From the NCBI GenBank assembly GCA_031316235.1, contig JALDRA010000001.1, forward strand, positions 2,100,001 to 2,132,000: 32,000 bases of DNA, given 5' to 3'. Every line of letters starts with the position of its first letter. Positions within the stretch are counted from its first letter, which is position 1. The notes under the pieces are model-generated. The model did not search any database. It had not been told where the DNA came from and was given only the letters and a program-made list of their open reading frames with translations. This DNA is from Candidatus Scalindua sp. GTDB taxonomy: Bacteria; Planctomycetota; Brocadiia; Brocadiales; Scalinduaceae. The position numbers were made by a program, and so were the translations under genes. Below are positions 1 to 8,070 of the stretch, one piece after another.

Positions 1-1124
1 CATTTGAGGATGTGGAAATATATGGAGTAGACAAGTTCCTTGCTGAAATAGTAGAGGAACTTGAAAACAGAACCTATAAACCACAGCCGGTACTAAGAGT
101 GTATATAGCTAAAGCCAACAGCAAAACTCGTCCATTGGGAATTCCTGTGATAAAAGACAGGATACTACAGATGGCGGTAAAGCTTGTAATAGAACCGATC
201 TTTGAGGCGGATTTTGAAGACAGCTCTTATGGTTTTCGACCGAAACGTTCAGCCAAAGGTGCTGTAACGGAAATCAAGAAGAATCTGAGGCTAGGAAAGT
301 GTGATATTTTTGATGCTGACCTGAGCGCCTACTTCGACACGATTCCACATAAGGAACTGTTAACGCTGGTAGGCAAGAGGATAAGCGACAAAAATGTACT
401 GCACCTTATAAAAATGTGGTTAAAAGCGCCAGTGATGGAGAACGGCAGACTTACAGGTGGGAAGAAAAACAAGCTCGGAACACCGCAGGGGGGAGTAATT
501 TCACCATTATTAGCAAACATTTATCTTCATTTGCTCGATAAAGCAGTGAACAGAGAGGGTGGTGCATTCTATCAAAGTGGAATCAAGATCATTCGTTATT
601 GCGATGATTGGGTATTGATGGCAAAACGAATTCCGCAGAGAGCACTTGACGACCTTAATAAACTGCTAAAGAGGATGAAGCTAAAGCTTAACGAGGATAA
701 GAGTAATATAGTAAATGCCTTTGATGAGAGCTTTGACTTTCTTGGCCATACTTTCAGGTTTGACGATGATGTGCTTGGTAGAAAGCTTAGGAAGTATTGG
801 AACGTTGAGCCAAGCTGTAAATCTCAAAAGAAAGTTAGGGAAAAGATAAGAGAGTATCTGTGGCACAATGGGCATAAACCTCCGCAAGATGTAGCTAATG
901 ATTTGAATACAATAATAAGAGGCTGGATTAATTATTTCTCAATAAAAGGAGTAACGTATCCAGGCAAGGCGAAGAGAAACCTCCGGTATTATCTCAGAGA
1001 GAAATTGGCGAGATATTATAAGAGGAAAAGTCAACGCAAGTGCAAGCTCTATAATCAAGGAGCATGTAAGGTCTTAGTAAGTAGATACGGACTAATCGAC
1101 CCCTCAAAATACGCGCTTATTTGA
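1..1124 (+). CDS. Group II intron-encoded reverse transcriptase/maturase; 5' end lies outside the window
   Basis: Frame is open to base 1 (..[13 protein letters not shown]). RT blocks [46 protein letters not shown] (YxDD box). Maturase X motif [11 protein letters not shown]. Group II domain V follows about 36 nt after the stop. Confidence 0.9.
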   Translation, partial: FEDVEIYGVDKFLAEIVEELENRTYKPQPVLRVYIAKANSKTRPLGIPVIKDRILQMAVKLVIEPIFEADFEDSSYGFRPKRSAKGAVTEIKKNLRLGKCDIFDADLSAYFDTIPHKELLTLVGKRISDKNVLHLIKMWLKAPVMENGRLTGGKKNKLGTPQGGVISPLLANIYLHLLDKAVNREGGAFYQSGIKIIRYCDDWVLMAKRIPQRALDDLNKLLKRMKLKLNEDKSNIVNAFDESFDFLGHTFRFDDDVLGRKLRKYWNVEPSCKSQKKVREKIREYLWHNGHKPPQDVANDLNTIIRGWINYFSIKGVTYPGKAKRNLRYYLREKLARYYKRKSQRKCKLYNQGACKVLVSRYGLIDPSKYALI

Positions 1125-1159
1125 CTACCTGTGAATACTTGAGATGAAGACTGTCGGAA

Positions 1160-1190
1160 AGCCGTGTGCGGGAAAACCGCATGCACGGTT
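1160..1190 (+). ncRNA. Group II intron domain V
   Basis: AGCCGTGTGCGG-GAAA-ACCGCATGCACGGTT: AGC triad, about 12-bp helix with bulge, GAAA tetraloop. Confidence 0.8.
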
Positions 1191-1350
1191 TGACGAGGGG
1201 GAGTTGGTAATATGGTATGGTTGTAATATTGTGACACTCACAGACGAAAGGGTGAGAAACAGTGAACACAAACTACAGCCTGTAGCTACTGCGCCTGTTC
1301 TCTACTCTACTGCAATCTGTGCCTGGTTACAATGTTGCCGTCTGTTTCAC

Positions 1351-1518
1351 TTATTCATCTTCCGTTTCCGTCTCCGTCTCATCCTCTCCAAAAAGAGCCT
1401 TGCCCATGCGGAATTTGACTTGCCTGTGCGTAGCACGTAAGCAGGTGTCGTAGTTGATGATAAAGTCGAGCTCTTCTTCGGCGAAACTGTAGTGCCAGAA
1501 AAGAGTTTCCGATTTTTT
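1351..1518 (-). pseudogene. C-terminal gene remnant (..LFWHYSFAEEELDFIINYD..KFRMGKALFGEDETETETEDE*); parent gene unknown, methyltransferase/restriction-like tail suspected
   Basis: 56-codon open frame with no credible start. Paralogous tail at 18176-18310 (..IKYRI..QKALFGEGEAEAEDEDE*). Confidence 0.3.
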
Positions 1519-1595
1519 TCATATCAGAATCTTTTTCGAATATAAACTCTATCTCTGAATAGATAAGTCTTGGCCCTTGATATTTAATGCGATTC

Positions 1596-1913
1596 TTATG
1601 CAGGCTCGTGAACTCTTTCGTAAATATTTACTTCTTTTTCGAGTCGCTCTGAAAGTTTATCTTCTGCAATGTCGAGATCGTAATCCATTTGCAAACCAAG
1701 CCAAAACTGTGGGGACATTTTGAAATAATATGCTAAGCGAAGTGCAGTATCAGCGGTAACTCTGCGTTTTCCGTGTACTATTTCATTGATTCTGCGTGGA
1801 GGGACACCAATATCATTGGCCAGCTGATTTTGACTTAATCTCATTGGTTTCAGAAATTCTTCCAAAAGTATCTCTCCAGGATGGATTGGTTTTATTTTTT
1901 CTGTGCTCATCAT
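1596..1913 (-). CDS. higA: HigA-family XRE helix-turn-helix antitoxin
   Basis: IHPGEILLEEFLKPMRLSQNQLANDIGVPPRRINEIVHGKRRVTADTALRLAYYF is the typical HigA signature. Lies 8 nt downstream of the HigB-like toxin gene. Confidence 0.85.
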   Translation of the reverse strand: MMSTEKIKPIHPGEILLEEFLKPMRLSQNQLANDIGVPPRRINEIVHGKRRVTADTALRLAYYFKMSPQFWLGLQMDYDLDIAEDKLSERLEKEVNIYERVHEPA

Positions 1914-1921
1914 ACAACCTC

Positions 1922-2203
1922 CTAATGATAATCAGTTATTTCAACATTTCCTGCTTCACTATCAGACCACTTAAAACAAATTCTCCATTGATCATTTATT
2001 CGAATACTGTGCGGCCCTTTTCTATTGCCGTGCAATGCCTCAAGATGATTTGATGGTCGGACCTTCAAGTCATTTAATTTTTTAGAGCTATTCAGCATTC
2101 TCAGTTTTCGTAATGCAATTCGTTGAATGTCGTGAGGAAGCTTGCGTGAAAAAAACCGATTGAATATTTTTTCCGTTTCTTTGCATTTGAACGACTTTAT
2201 CAT
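1922..2203 (-). CDS. higB: HigB-like toxin (RelE/ParE fold, plasmid maintenance system killer family)
   Basis: MIKSFKCKETEKIF...LEALHGNRKGPHSIRINDQWRICFKW. The ORF track extends to a TTG at 2239, but the family N-terminus MIKSF corresponds to the ATG at 2203. Confidence 0.8.
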   Translation of the reverse strand: MIKSFKCKETEKIFNRFFSRKLPHDIQRIALRKLRMLNSSKKLNDLKVRPSNHLEALHGNRKGPHSIRINDQWRICFKWSDSEAGNVEITDYH

Positions 2204-2305
2204 GTAAGAAGTATAAACTGCCATAACGCGTAACGTCAAGCGTTAAATGCTGATATAAATTAAAGATACATAGCATTAATTAGCCGTCTTATTTTAAGGC
2301 TGTTA

Positions 2306-2363
2306 GTATACTCATCTCATAATGGTTTTCGGATAAAATCCGAGACCAAATTGAGCGGGTATA
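2306..2363 (-). repeat. R3 hairpin module (inverted copy), contains TCGGAT-AAA-ATCCGA stem-loop at 2329-2343
   Basis: Reverse complement matches 13424-13482, 30545-30582 and 11364-11400 (..ctcggattttatccgaaaac.at.atgagatgagtata). Confidence 0.75.
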
Positions 2364-2471
2364 ACTGCCCGCCTGAACGACATGTCGGGCAGGCAACCAA
2401 GATTTTGTTTTCGGTAAAACCCAGTAGTGTCCGGTCAGGTTTTTGCGTATTTAATTTATTGTTCAAAAGAT

Positions 2472-2550
2472 GTCATTCCCGCATGTTTTTAGCGGAAATC
2501 CAGGATGAATGAGACTCTCTGGATACCCGATAAAAGCACTCGGGTATGAC
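2472..2550. repeat. Palindromic REP-like unit (cattcccgc..gcggaaatcc and atacccga..tcgggtat hairpins)
   Basis: 8-bp perfect stem ATACCCGA/TCGGGTAT at 2523-2530/2540-2547, with an imperfect stem upstream. Single copy in this window. Confidence 0.45.
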
Positions 2551-2576
2551 AAAAGCCGCACGTGCAAATTCCTAAC

Positions 2577-3003
2577 CGGACGTTACTGATTCTCAACAGA
2601 AGAATATGAGATATTTTTAATATCGGTGAAAGGGTATTGTGTCAAACCAAAATAGGTGACCAAAATATATCCCAATTATTTGCAATATCATTGTCGGGGG
2701 AGCTATCGGGAATAAGTTTCCCTGAGCTTGCAGAAAGATATAAAATAGCAACTTATAAGACGATAACATCAAATGAAAGAAAAGGGAGAGAGCAGCATAA
2801 AGAAAAAAATAATATGCAAAGCTAATGCAGTCAAGGGGGGATTTGATCCTTTGTACAATCTCCTTTTTATGGGAAATTTTATAATGTGTATACGATGTTG
2901 TGGTATAAAAAGTGTACGATGTTATGAAACACACCAGCCAATCACAAATCAAGGTATGACCCCAAGTATGACCCAATAAATAGGTATGGTGTCCCCCGAA
3001 TAG
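2577..3003 (+). repeat. R1 interspersed noncoding repeat, copy A (core ~2590-2849, tail-A 2850-2966 with a ~24-nt internal duplication, DR25-like end 2978-3003)
   Basis: About 90% identical by eye to 13540-13902 and 30639-30899; partial copies at 7226-7300, 11521-11720, 18606-18742. Confidence 0.85.
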
Positions 3004-3170
3004 TCACAGGCCATTCGCCAGCCCCCGTCCCCGATGATTGACCCCATCTTGTCAAAGTTAAAGAACCGACCTCGATGATGCCCCGATGACGAGAGCCAAC
3101 GAACAAAGCCCGAAACGACCCATGGGCCAATCTGACCTGCAGATCGGACCTCGGGGTGTTGCGTGCAGTG

Positions 3171-5312
3171 CTACTGCTGTAAATCCCAAACGATTAGCTT
3201 CAGATTCCCGCTATTGGTTCGAACCGCGGAAACCAGCATGTCGTCGCCGGTGCGCGCCAGGTCGAGGGCGCTGATTCCACCAGCGAAAGCCTCACTGCGC
3301 AGCTGTATGGTGGCACCGTCGGGGCTGACCTCAAACAGGCTCATCTTTAATGCTTTGGTCGATGGATCCTGACAAGCCGTTACCAACGTCCCAACACCCA
3401 GGCGTTCGGAGTCGAGAAGCCCACATCCACCGGCACTGACCGCGCTGCCAAGACGACGTACTGTACCAACGTCGTTCACATCCCATGCGATTACTTTCTG
3501 GTCGCCTGATGTGGTGCGGACAGCAGACACCATCAGGTAGTCAAAATCTAGTGCGGTGGCGGTGAGACGACTTACGGACCCAGCGGAGTAGCTTCCTTGT
3601 CGCTGCACCTGCCAAGAACCATTTTCACGAACAACTTTCCAAGCGATCACTTTCAAATTGCCCACCGAATCCCGAACAGTGGTTGAAACGCCCCACGGAT
3701 TGGGAGTAACGTCCACCAGCGAAACCAGCCCTGCGGTGGCATCAGCGAGGCGATGAATGGAACCGTCGGCGTAGACACGCCAAGCAATCACTTTCAGAAC
3801 ACCAGTGCTGGTCCGCACTGCCGTAACAACATGCAGGCGATCCCAACGAGTTGCCGCAATGCTGCTGACTGCACCAGCGGTCGCATCGTGCAATCGCTGA
3901 ACCGAGCCGTTAGATGAGACCTTCCACGTGATCAGTTTCAGGTTGCCACTTCCATCACGAACCGCGGTGACAATGTTGCCGAGACCTGTGTGCAGAGCGG
4001 CAATCTGGGAAACCGGACCGGCCTGGGCGCTGCCTTGAAGACGTTGAACTGTGTTGCCGTCGGTACTGACACTCCAAGGTATGAGTTTCATCTGGTTGTT
4101 CGCAACGCTAACCGTAACCAGACGGCGGTGCCCAATACGGACAAGATGAACGTCATCGATCGATCCAGCCTCAGCGCTGCCTCGGCGCTGCAACGTCATA
4201 TTGGCAGAGCTCTGCGGCGAGATCAGATCATGACGGTTCATGTTCTCCAGGGCATCGCGCATGCGATCGATCTGTTGGGGAGAGAAGTGGTTGTCAAATC
4301 CGCATCCCTTGAAGTAACTCATCACGATGCCACGGTCTGGTTCCAATCGGTACGTCTTGCTGGAGGAGCCAAAGTCCACGGGAATATCGATAAAGCTATA
4401 GTTAGGAGTGCATTTGTCTCCATATTCCTCGACCCAGATGCTACCCATAGCATCGGCGGGGGTGTCGAGAACATACGCGCGATCACCATCTAGTGCGTCG
4501 AGTCCATCATTCTTCGCCATACCGTTGTCGACAGCCTTCTTGATTCTCGCCGCGGCGTCCTCCACGTTCAAAACTCCACCAACAAAAGGATGTACTTGAT
4601 GCAAGTAATGGCCAATCTCGTGAGCCAAATCTGGAGATCCAGGGTTGCCTTTCATCGAGACCCAACGACCGGTACCACTCGACGAACCACCGTTGCCAGC
4701 ACCGGTAACGGTCCAGTGGCCAAGCCCTTCGTCGTAGACCAACTTGTCCGGACTGGAGAAGTAGAGAACCAATTTGCCGCGATGGGTATTGGCAACCGCT
4801 CGTCTGAACGCCTTGTGCCAAACCGACGTGGTCGGTGGCTCAACATTAGGATCCGTGTAGTCTTCTACGTCAGCGAGAAGCGTAAAGTACTTGTTCAAGA
4901 TTGTCGCGTTCTTCTGCTCGAAGTCGGTCGCGGGGTCAAACTCAAACTCAATTCCAGCTTCGTAGAATATGTCGTTTATGGCCGAGATCTTCGACTGGAG
5001 TTTGGATGCTGTGTACGGTGAAGCATCCGAGCCGTCGCTGTTGGCTGTCGCGATAGCGTGCAGGCGAATCGTATAAACGGGTGTGCGCCTAAACGGGATT
5101 GGTTGCCACCGGGACGGAACTATTGGGCCATCGTTATCTTTGTATACCGTGGTTCCTCCCCCGGTTGTATTGCTTCCTATGACACCGTCCGTAGTTCCAT
5201 ACGAATAGTCATCTCTGGAAAACCCTGCTGCGTCTGCGTTGCCCAAAGTAGAAAATGCAACGGTTAATAAAATTACTGATACGCCAATTATTTTTTTTAG
5301 TTTGATTTTCAT
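3171..5312 (-). CDS. Secreted metzincin-like zinc metalloprotease fused to a C-terminal ~7-repeat beta-propeller-like domain
   Basis: SD GGGAGAGG 5 nt upstream of the ATG. Signal peptide MKIKLKKIIGVSVILLTVAFSTLGNADA. HEIGHYLHQVH (HExxHxxxxxH). Seven ~47-aa repeats of the form ..VTAVR..G.LK[LV]I[AT]W.V...G.V.RL.. with the last strand LKLIVWDLQQ at the C-terminus. Confidence 0.8.
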   Translation of the reverse strand: MKIKLKKIIGVSVILLTVAFSTLGNADAAGFSRDDYSYGTTDGVIGSNTTGGGTTVYKDNDGPIVPSRWQPIPFRRTPVYTIRLHAIATANSDGSDASPYTASKLQSKISAINDIFYEAGIEFEFDPATDFEQKNATILNKYFTLLADVEDYTDPNVEPPTTSVWHKAFRRAVANTHRGKLVLYFSSPDKLVYDEGLGHWTVTGAGNGGSSSGTGRWVSMKGNPGSPDLAHEIGHYLHQVHPFVGGVLNVEDAAARIKKAVDNGMAKNDGLDALDGDRAYVLDTPADAMGSIWVEEYGDKCTPNYSFIDIPVDFGSSSKTYRLEPDRGIVMSYFKGCGFDNHFSPQQIDRMRDALENMNRHDLISPQSSANMTLQRRGSAEAGSIDDVHLVRIGHRRLVTVSVANNQMKLIPWSVSTDGNTVQRLQGSAQAGPVSQIAALHTGLGNIVTAVRDGSGNLKLITWKVSSNGSVQRLHDATAGAVSSIAATRWDRLHVVTAVRTSTGVLKVIAWRVYADGSIHRLADATAGLVSLVDVTPNPWGVSTTVRDSVGNLKVIAWKVVRENGSWQVQRQGSYSAGSVSRLTATALDFDYLMVSAVRTTSGDQKVIAWDVNDVGTVRRLGSAVSAGGCGLLDSERLGVGTLVTACQDPSTKALKMSLFEVSPDGATIQLRSEAFAGGISALDLARTGDDMLVSAVRTNSGNLKLIVWDLQQ

Positions 5313-5546
5313 TTTTCCTCTCCCTTAGTAAAAACGATTAAAATAGTAGTAAAAGCTACTAGCATTTGATACTTGGTTTTATGATAGAGCGATTCACGCG
5401 CCAAACCATAATAACTATCTTTAGATATGTTCTTCTGTGCTGGCGTAACAATTGGTTGTACAAAGCATTATGATTGTAAAAAAAATAAAAATATAGTTTT
5501 GAAGACTGATTTATGGGGTGTGGAATAGTAGGTGAAATAGTGGTTC

Positions 5547-5729
5547 AAAACTGGGGTATTCCACACTCCAAAAGAAAACCAATTTGGTGAATCGGTTTGC
5601 GTAACGTGTGCATGATATCTAGTAAACCGGCTGCAACATTAAAAACTGTTTCCTTTGAAAGCTGTAAAATACAGGAGGTTTATTGAAACACTCCTGTTCA
5701 GCGGTGCTGAGTATTTTCATTCTTGCCAT
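5547..5729 (-). pseudogene. tnpA: Tn3-family transposase N-terminal remnant (frameshifted, truncated)
   Basis: SD ggag + ATG at 5729: MARMKILSTAEQECFNKPPVFYSFQRKQFLMLQPVY*. It continues in another frame as ..RKPIHQIGFLLECGIPQF*, resembling the DUF4158-type Tn3 TnpA N-terminus. Confidence 0.45.
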
Positions 5730-5794
5730 AGCTATTACTCCTTATTTTCCTTGCAAAAAGGCGTTACCTTTTATTGAATATATGAAATAGGTTT

Positions 5795-6000
5795 TTGCAA
5801 GGGAAACTTGAAGCTGCCAAGGTAGAAGGACGTACCGGCGGTCGGAAACCAATACTTCAGAATGATCAGCGCAAGGATGTGATTGAAAATGTTCTCTCTG
5901 GCAGGGAAATGGTGCGCAGAGGGCACGGCAATATAATGTCAGCAAGGCAACTATATCTCGTGTTATTGCCGCCCATAGGCAGGTGTTGTCTCGCGCTTGA
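5795..6000 (+). pseudogene. tnpR: Serine recombinase (resolvase/invertase) C-terminal HTH remnant, frameshifted, catalytic domain missing
   Basis: ..GKLEAAKVEGRTGGRKPILQNDQRKDVIENVLSG.. then, after a frame change near 5905-5912, ..GAQRARQYNVSKATISRVIAAHRQVLSRA*. Stops lie immediately upstream of 5795. Confidence 0.5.
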
Positions 6001-6305
6001 TCCTACACAACATTTGGTACCTTTATGGGATTAGACCCAACTACGTAGTGTGCTTATGGGTTATTATAGAAAGATAAATACTTTGAGTATTTCTGAAGAT
6101 CAGGAGGTGGGTAAAAATAACTTAACCCAAGTCGACAAATCGGAGCTAAAAAGTGCAAAAAATGGTAATATATCAGCCATTCGCTCTGCTTTTCCATACC
6201 TCCCTGCCGTGTAAATATTTTGCCAATCTCTCCCATTTAAGGAATAACAAAAACCTCGAAAAAAAAAGCTGGCGTCCGGTTTCGATTTATGGTATACAAT
6301 ACCAA

Positions 6306-7226
6306 ATGAGAAACAAATGGATTATAAGAGGTCGTACAATCAGCGAAGATGATATCTCCATCATCAACAATCTGATAAAAGAGTATTTCCATAAAGGACG
6401 CAAACACATTTCCCGCCAACTAGCACACCATTGGAACTGGTATCAACCCAATGGACAAACAAAGGACATGGCCTGCCGGTACATACTCCTCTCTTTGGAA
6501 CAAGTAGGAGTAATAAAATTACCCCCTCGTCTTAATTCGGCTAATAATGAGAAGAGAAAGATTGAAAAGATAGAACTGGATAAAAAGCCACTCACCGGAA
6601 CAGTTACAAACCATCCCTCTTTGAAGTTAAAACATCTCATCTCCCCGGAAGAACATAAGCTCTGGAACAGAATAATCCACAGCTATCACTACCAGGGATA
6701 CCAGATAATAGTTGGTAAATATCTCAAGTACATAGCATACATTGATGACAGACCAGTGGCCCTTGTGGGTTGGGGATCAGCTGCATGGTCTTTAGAGGCA
6801 CGTGATACGTGGATTGGGTGGAGTAAAGAGATGAAGGATAGGAATCTTTGTGGGATAGTGAACAATATTCGGTTTTTGATTTTGCCATGGGTCAAGATTA
6901 AATACCTGGCAAGTAGAATTCTGGGGTTAAATATAAGGCGAATACAAGGTGATTGGAAAAAGAGATATGGACATTCTATTTATTTATTGGAAACATTTGT
7001 AGAACAAGACAAGTTTCATGGGACATGCTACAAAGCGGCAAACTGGACATACCTGGGTCAAACAAAAGGGAACGCTAAACGAGGAAATACCCATACATAC
7101 CACGGGAAGATAAAAAAGGTATTCGTATATCCTCTGTGTAATGATTTTCGGGACAAACTCACCCGCCAGGATGACTTTGTCGTCTGCCCGTACCGGTCCG
7201 GACGGGCGCTAGTGGAGAAGGGGTGA
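6306..7226 (+). CDS. DUF4338 domain protein (DruA-like family)
   Basis: ..HSYHYQGYQIIVGKYLKYIAY.., ALVGWGSAAWSLEARDTWIGW, NNIRFLILPW, YLLETFVEQDKFHGTCYKAANWTYLGQTKG. Start chosen at MRNKW (6306) rather than the ORF-track 6153. Confidence 0.75.
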   Translation: MRNKWIIRGRTISEDDISIINNLIKEYFHKGRKHISRQLAHHWNWYQPNGQTKDMACRYILLSLEQVGVIKLPPRLNSANNEKRKIEKIELDKKPLTGTVTNHPSLKLKHLISPEEHKLWNRIIHSYHYQGYQIIVGKYLKYIAYIDDRPVALVGWGSAAWSLEARDTWIGWSKEMKDRNLCGIVNNIRFLILPWVKIKYLASRILGLNIRRIQGDWKKRYGHSIYLLETFVEQDKFHGTCYKAANWTYLGQTKGNAKRGNTHTYHGKIKKVFVYPLCNDFRDKLTRQDDFVVCPYRSGRALVEKG

Positions 7227-7553
7227 TGGAAAAGGGAGAGAGCAGCATAAAGAAAAAAACAATATGCAAGGCTAATGCAGTCAAGGGGAGAATTGACCCC
7301 AAACTCACTATAATAATCATTACACACCAGATGTTTTCCAGCAGTTGTTAACAGTCCCTTCGCAGTTTACACTCAAGAATTTAATCAGAGCTCCTTGATG
7401 AAATAATTATGATGCAAATTGATATCTATTAGATGGATTGTAATATCAAGGTCGTGTGTTAGCTCTATAATCAGCTGCCGGGATATACCGAATGGCTAAT
7501 ATATTACGTTCTTTGTTTCTAGCATGTAGCCATGTATGGACTTGCCCCCTTTA
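7226..7553 (+). repeat. R1 3' segment (7226-7300) joined to R4 module (7300-7553), copy B
   Basis: 7300-7553 differs from 30900-31153 at only 2 positions by eye. It begins exactly at the DUF4338 stop codon. Confidence 0.85.
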
Positions 7554-7643
7554 ATAAGCCTTCAAGAGTTTTTCAATAACAAGGTGACCAGCAAATAAAG
7601 CCCAGGCATAATGCTCGTTGTTAAAAAAACTTTCCATTGCCTG
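7552..7643 (-). pseudogene. About 90-bp fragment of the HEPN gene (duplicate of 12286-12377)
   Basis: taataagccttcaagagtttttcaataacaaggtgaccagcaaataaagcccaggcataatgctcgttgttaaaaa.actttccattgcctga is nearly identical to the intact HEPN CDS interior. Confidence 0.8.
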
Positions 7644-7702
7644 ACGAGTCTTTTGGCGGAGCTGACCTCCACTTTGCTTTTGTTCACCCTATCCCTCAAA
7701 TT

Positions 7703-7727
7703 AAATGAGTATGGTGTCCCCAGATTA
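7703..7727 (+). repeat. DR25 direct repeat (aaatgagtatggtgtccccagatta), left copy flanking the Gp49/XRE cassette
   Basis: Matches 8567-8591 (1 mismatch in the 25-nt core; 27 of 29 when the flanks are included) and, more loosely, 2978-3003. Confidence 0.8.
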
Positions 7728-7794
7728 CTGCTAATACATAATCAAAGCGATCTCTAACCGGTCGTCGTAAAGCACAGTACTTTGTTTGCTGTTT

Positions 7795-8070
7795 TTAAGC
7801 AACTTCAAGCTTCAGGTGTTTACCTAATGCATTTGCAAATTTTTCAAGCGTTGACAGTTTTATATCTTCAGCATGATTTTCAATCCGGGAAATAGCAGAC
7901 TTTTTTGTGTGAAGCTTCTTAGCGAGTTCTTCCTGTGTTAAACCAGCTTCCTCACGGGCTGTTTTAAGCATTACACCAATTTTGAATTGTTCGTAACCGG
8001 ATTCAAAATTTTTTGCAAATTCAGGATCTCGTACCTTACGCTTTTTAATGTAATCTTGCAAATCGCTCAT
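7795..8070 (-). CDS. XRE-family HTH antitoxin
   Basis: ..[52 protein letters not shown]. 4-nt overlap with the upstream toxin gene. Confidence 0.85.
   Translation of the reverse strand: MSDLQDYIKKRKVRDPEFAKNFESGYEQFKIGVMLKTAREEAGLTQEELAKKLHTKKSAISRIENHAEDIKLSTLEKFANALGKHLKLEVA

Larger units (their letters stand above)
1..1295 (+). mobile_element. Group II intron, 3' portion (domain IV ORF, domain V, presumed domain VI); 3' splice site not resolved
   Basis: RT/maturase ORF followed by a canonical domain V hairpin. The extended hairpin 1226-1285 (ttgtgacactcac..gtgagaaacagtgaacacaa) followed by ..aaactac could be domain VI, but the end was not determinable by eye. Confidence 0.7.

Noticed and set aside
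1144-1440. 98-aa plus-strand ORF after the RT gene
   Set aside because: It covers intron domain V/VI RNA and the antisense of the gene remnant. It has no SD or recognisable motif, so it is most likely noncoding.
2204-2239. Sigma70-like promoter for higBA (TTGACG-17 nt-TTATAC ending ~7 nt before the ATG at 2203)
   Set aside because: It would imply a leaderless mRNA and overlaps the alternative TTG-initiated ORF extension. It cannot be distinguished from chance in AT-rich DNA without transcription start data.
2617-2976. ORFs inside R1 copies: 2617..2976 -, 2637..2825 +, 2773..2979 +, 7058..7327 -, 11483..11749 +, 30666..30926 -
   Set aside because: Frames are not preserved between copies (1-nt indels, for example aaatgaaagaaaag versus aatgaaagaaaatg). 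Copy D has no equivalent ORF of 60 aa or more. The translations are low-complexity Phe/Leu/Tyr strings driven by A/T runs.
1-3003. Diversity-generating retroelement (RT plus template/variable repeats)
   Set aside because: The RT has the maturase X domain and is followed by group II domain V. Differences between R1 copies involve all bases, not adenine-specific substitutions, and the repeats are not inside a target gene.
3990-5021. Plus-strand ORFs antisense to the protease gene (3990..4493, 4408..4599, 4590..5021 and others)
   Set aside because: These are shadow ORFs, typical of GC-rich coding DNA. The minus-strand 713-aa frame has a signal peptide, an SD and domain motifs.
5749-5802. The 11-bp inverted repeat CCTTGCAAAAA/TTTTTGCAAGG as a hix/res-type crossover site
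   Set aside because: The half-sites are 32 nt apart rather than forming a compact site, and the adjacent recombinase lacks its catalytic domain. It could equally be a simple hairpin, so it is mentioned only as context for the Tn3 remnants.
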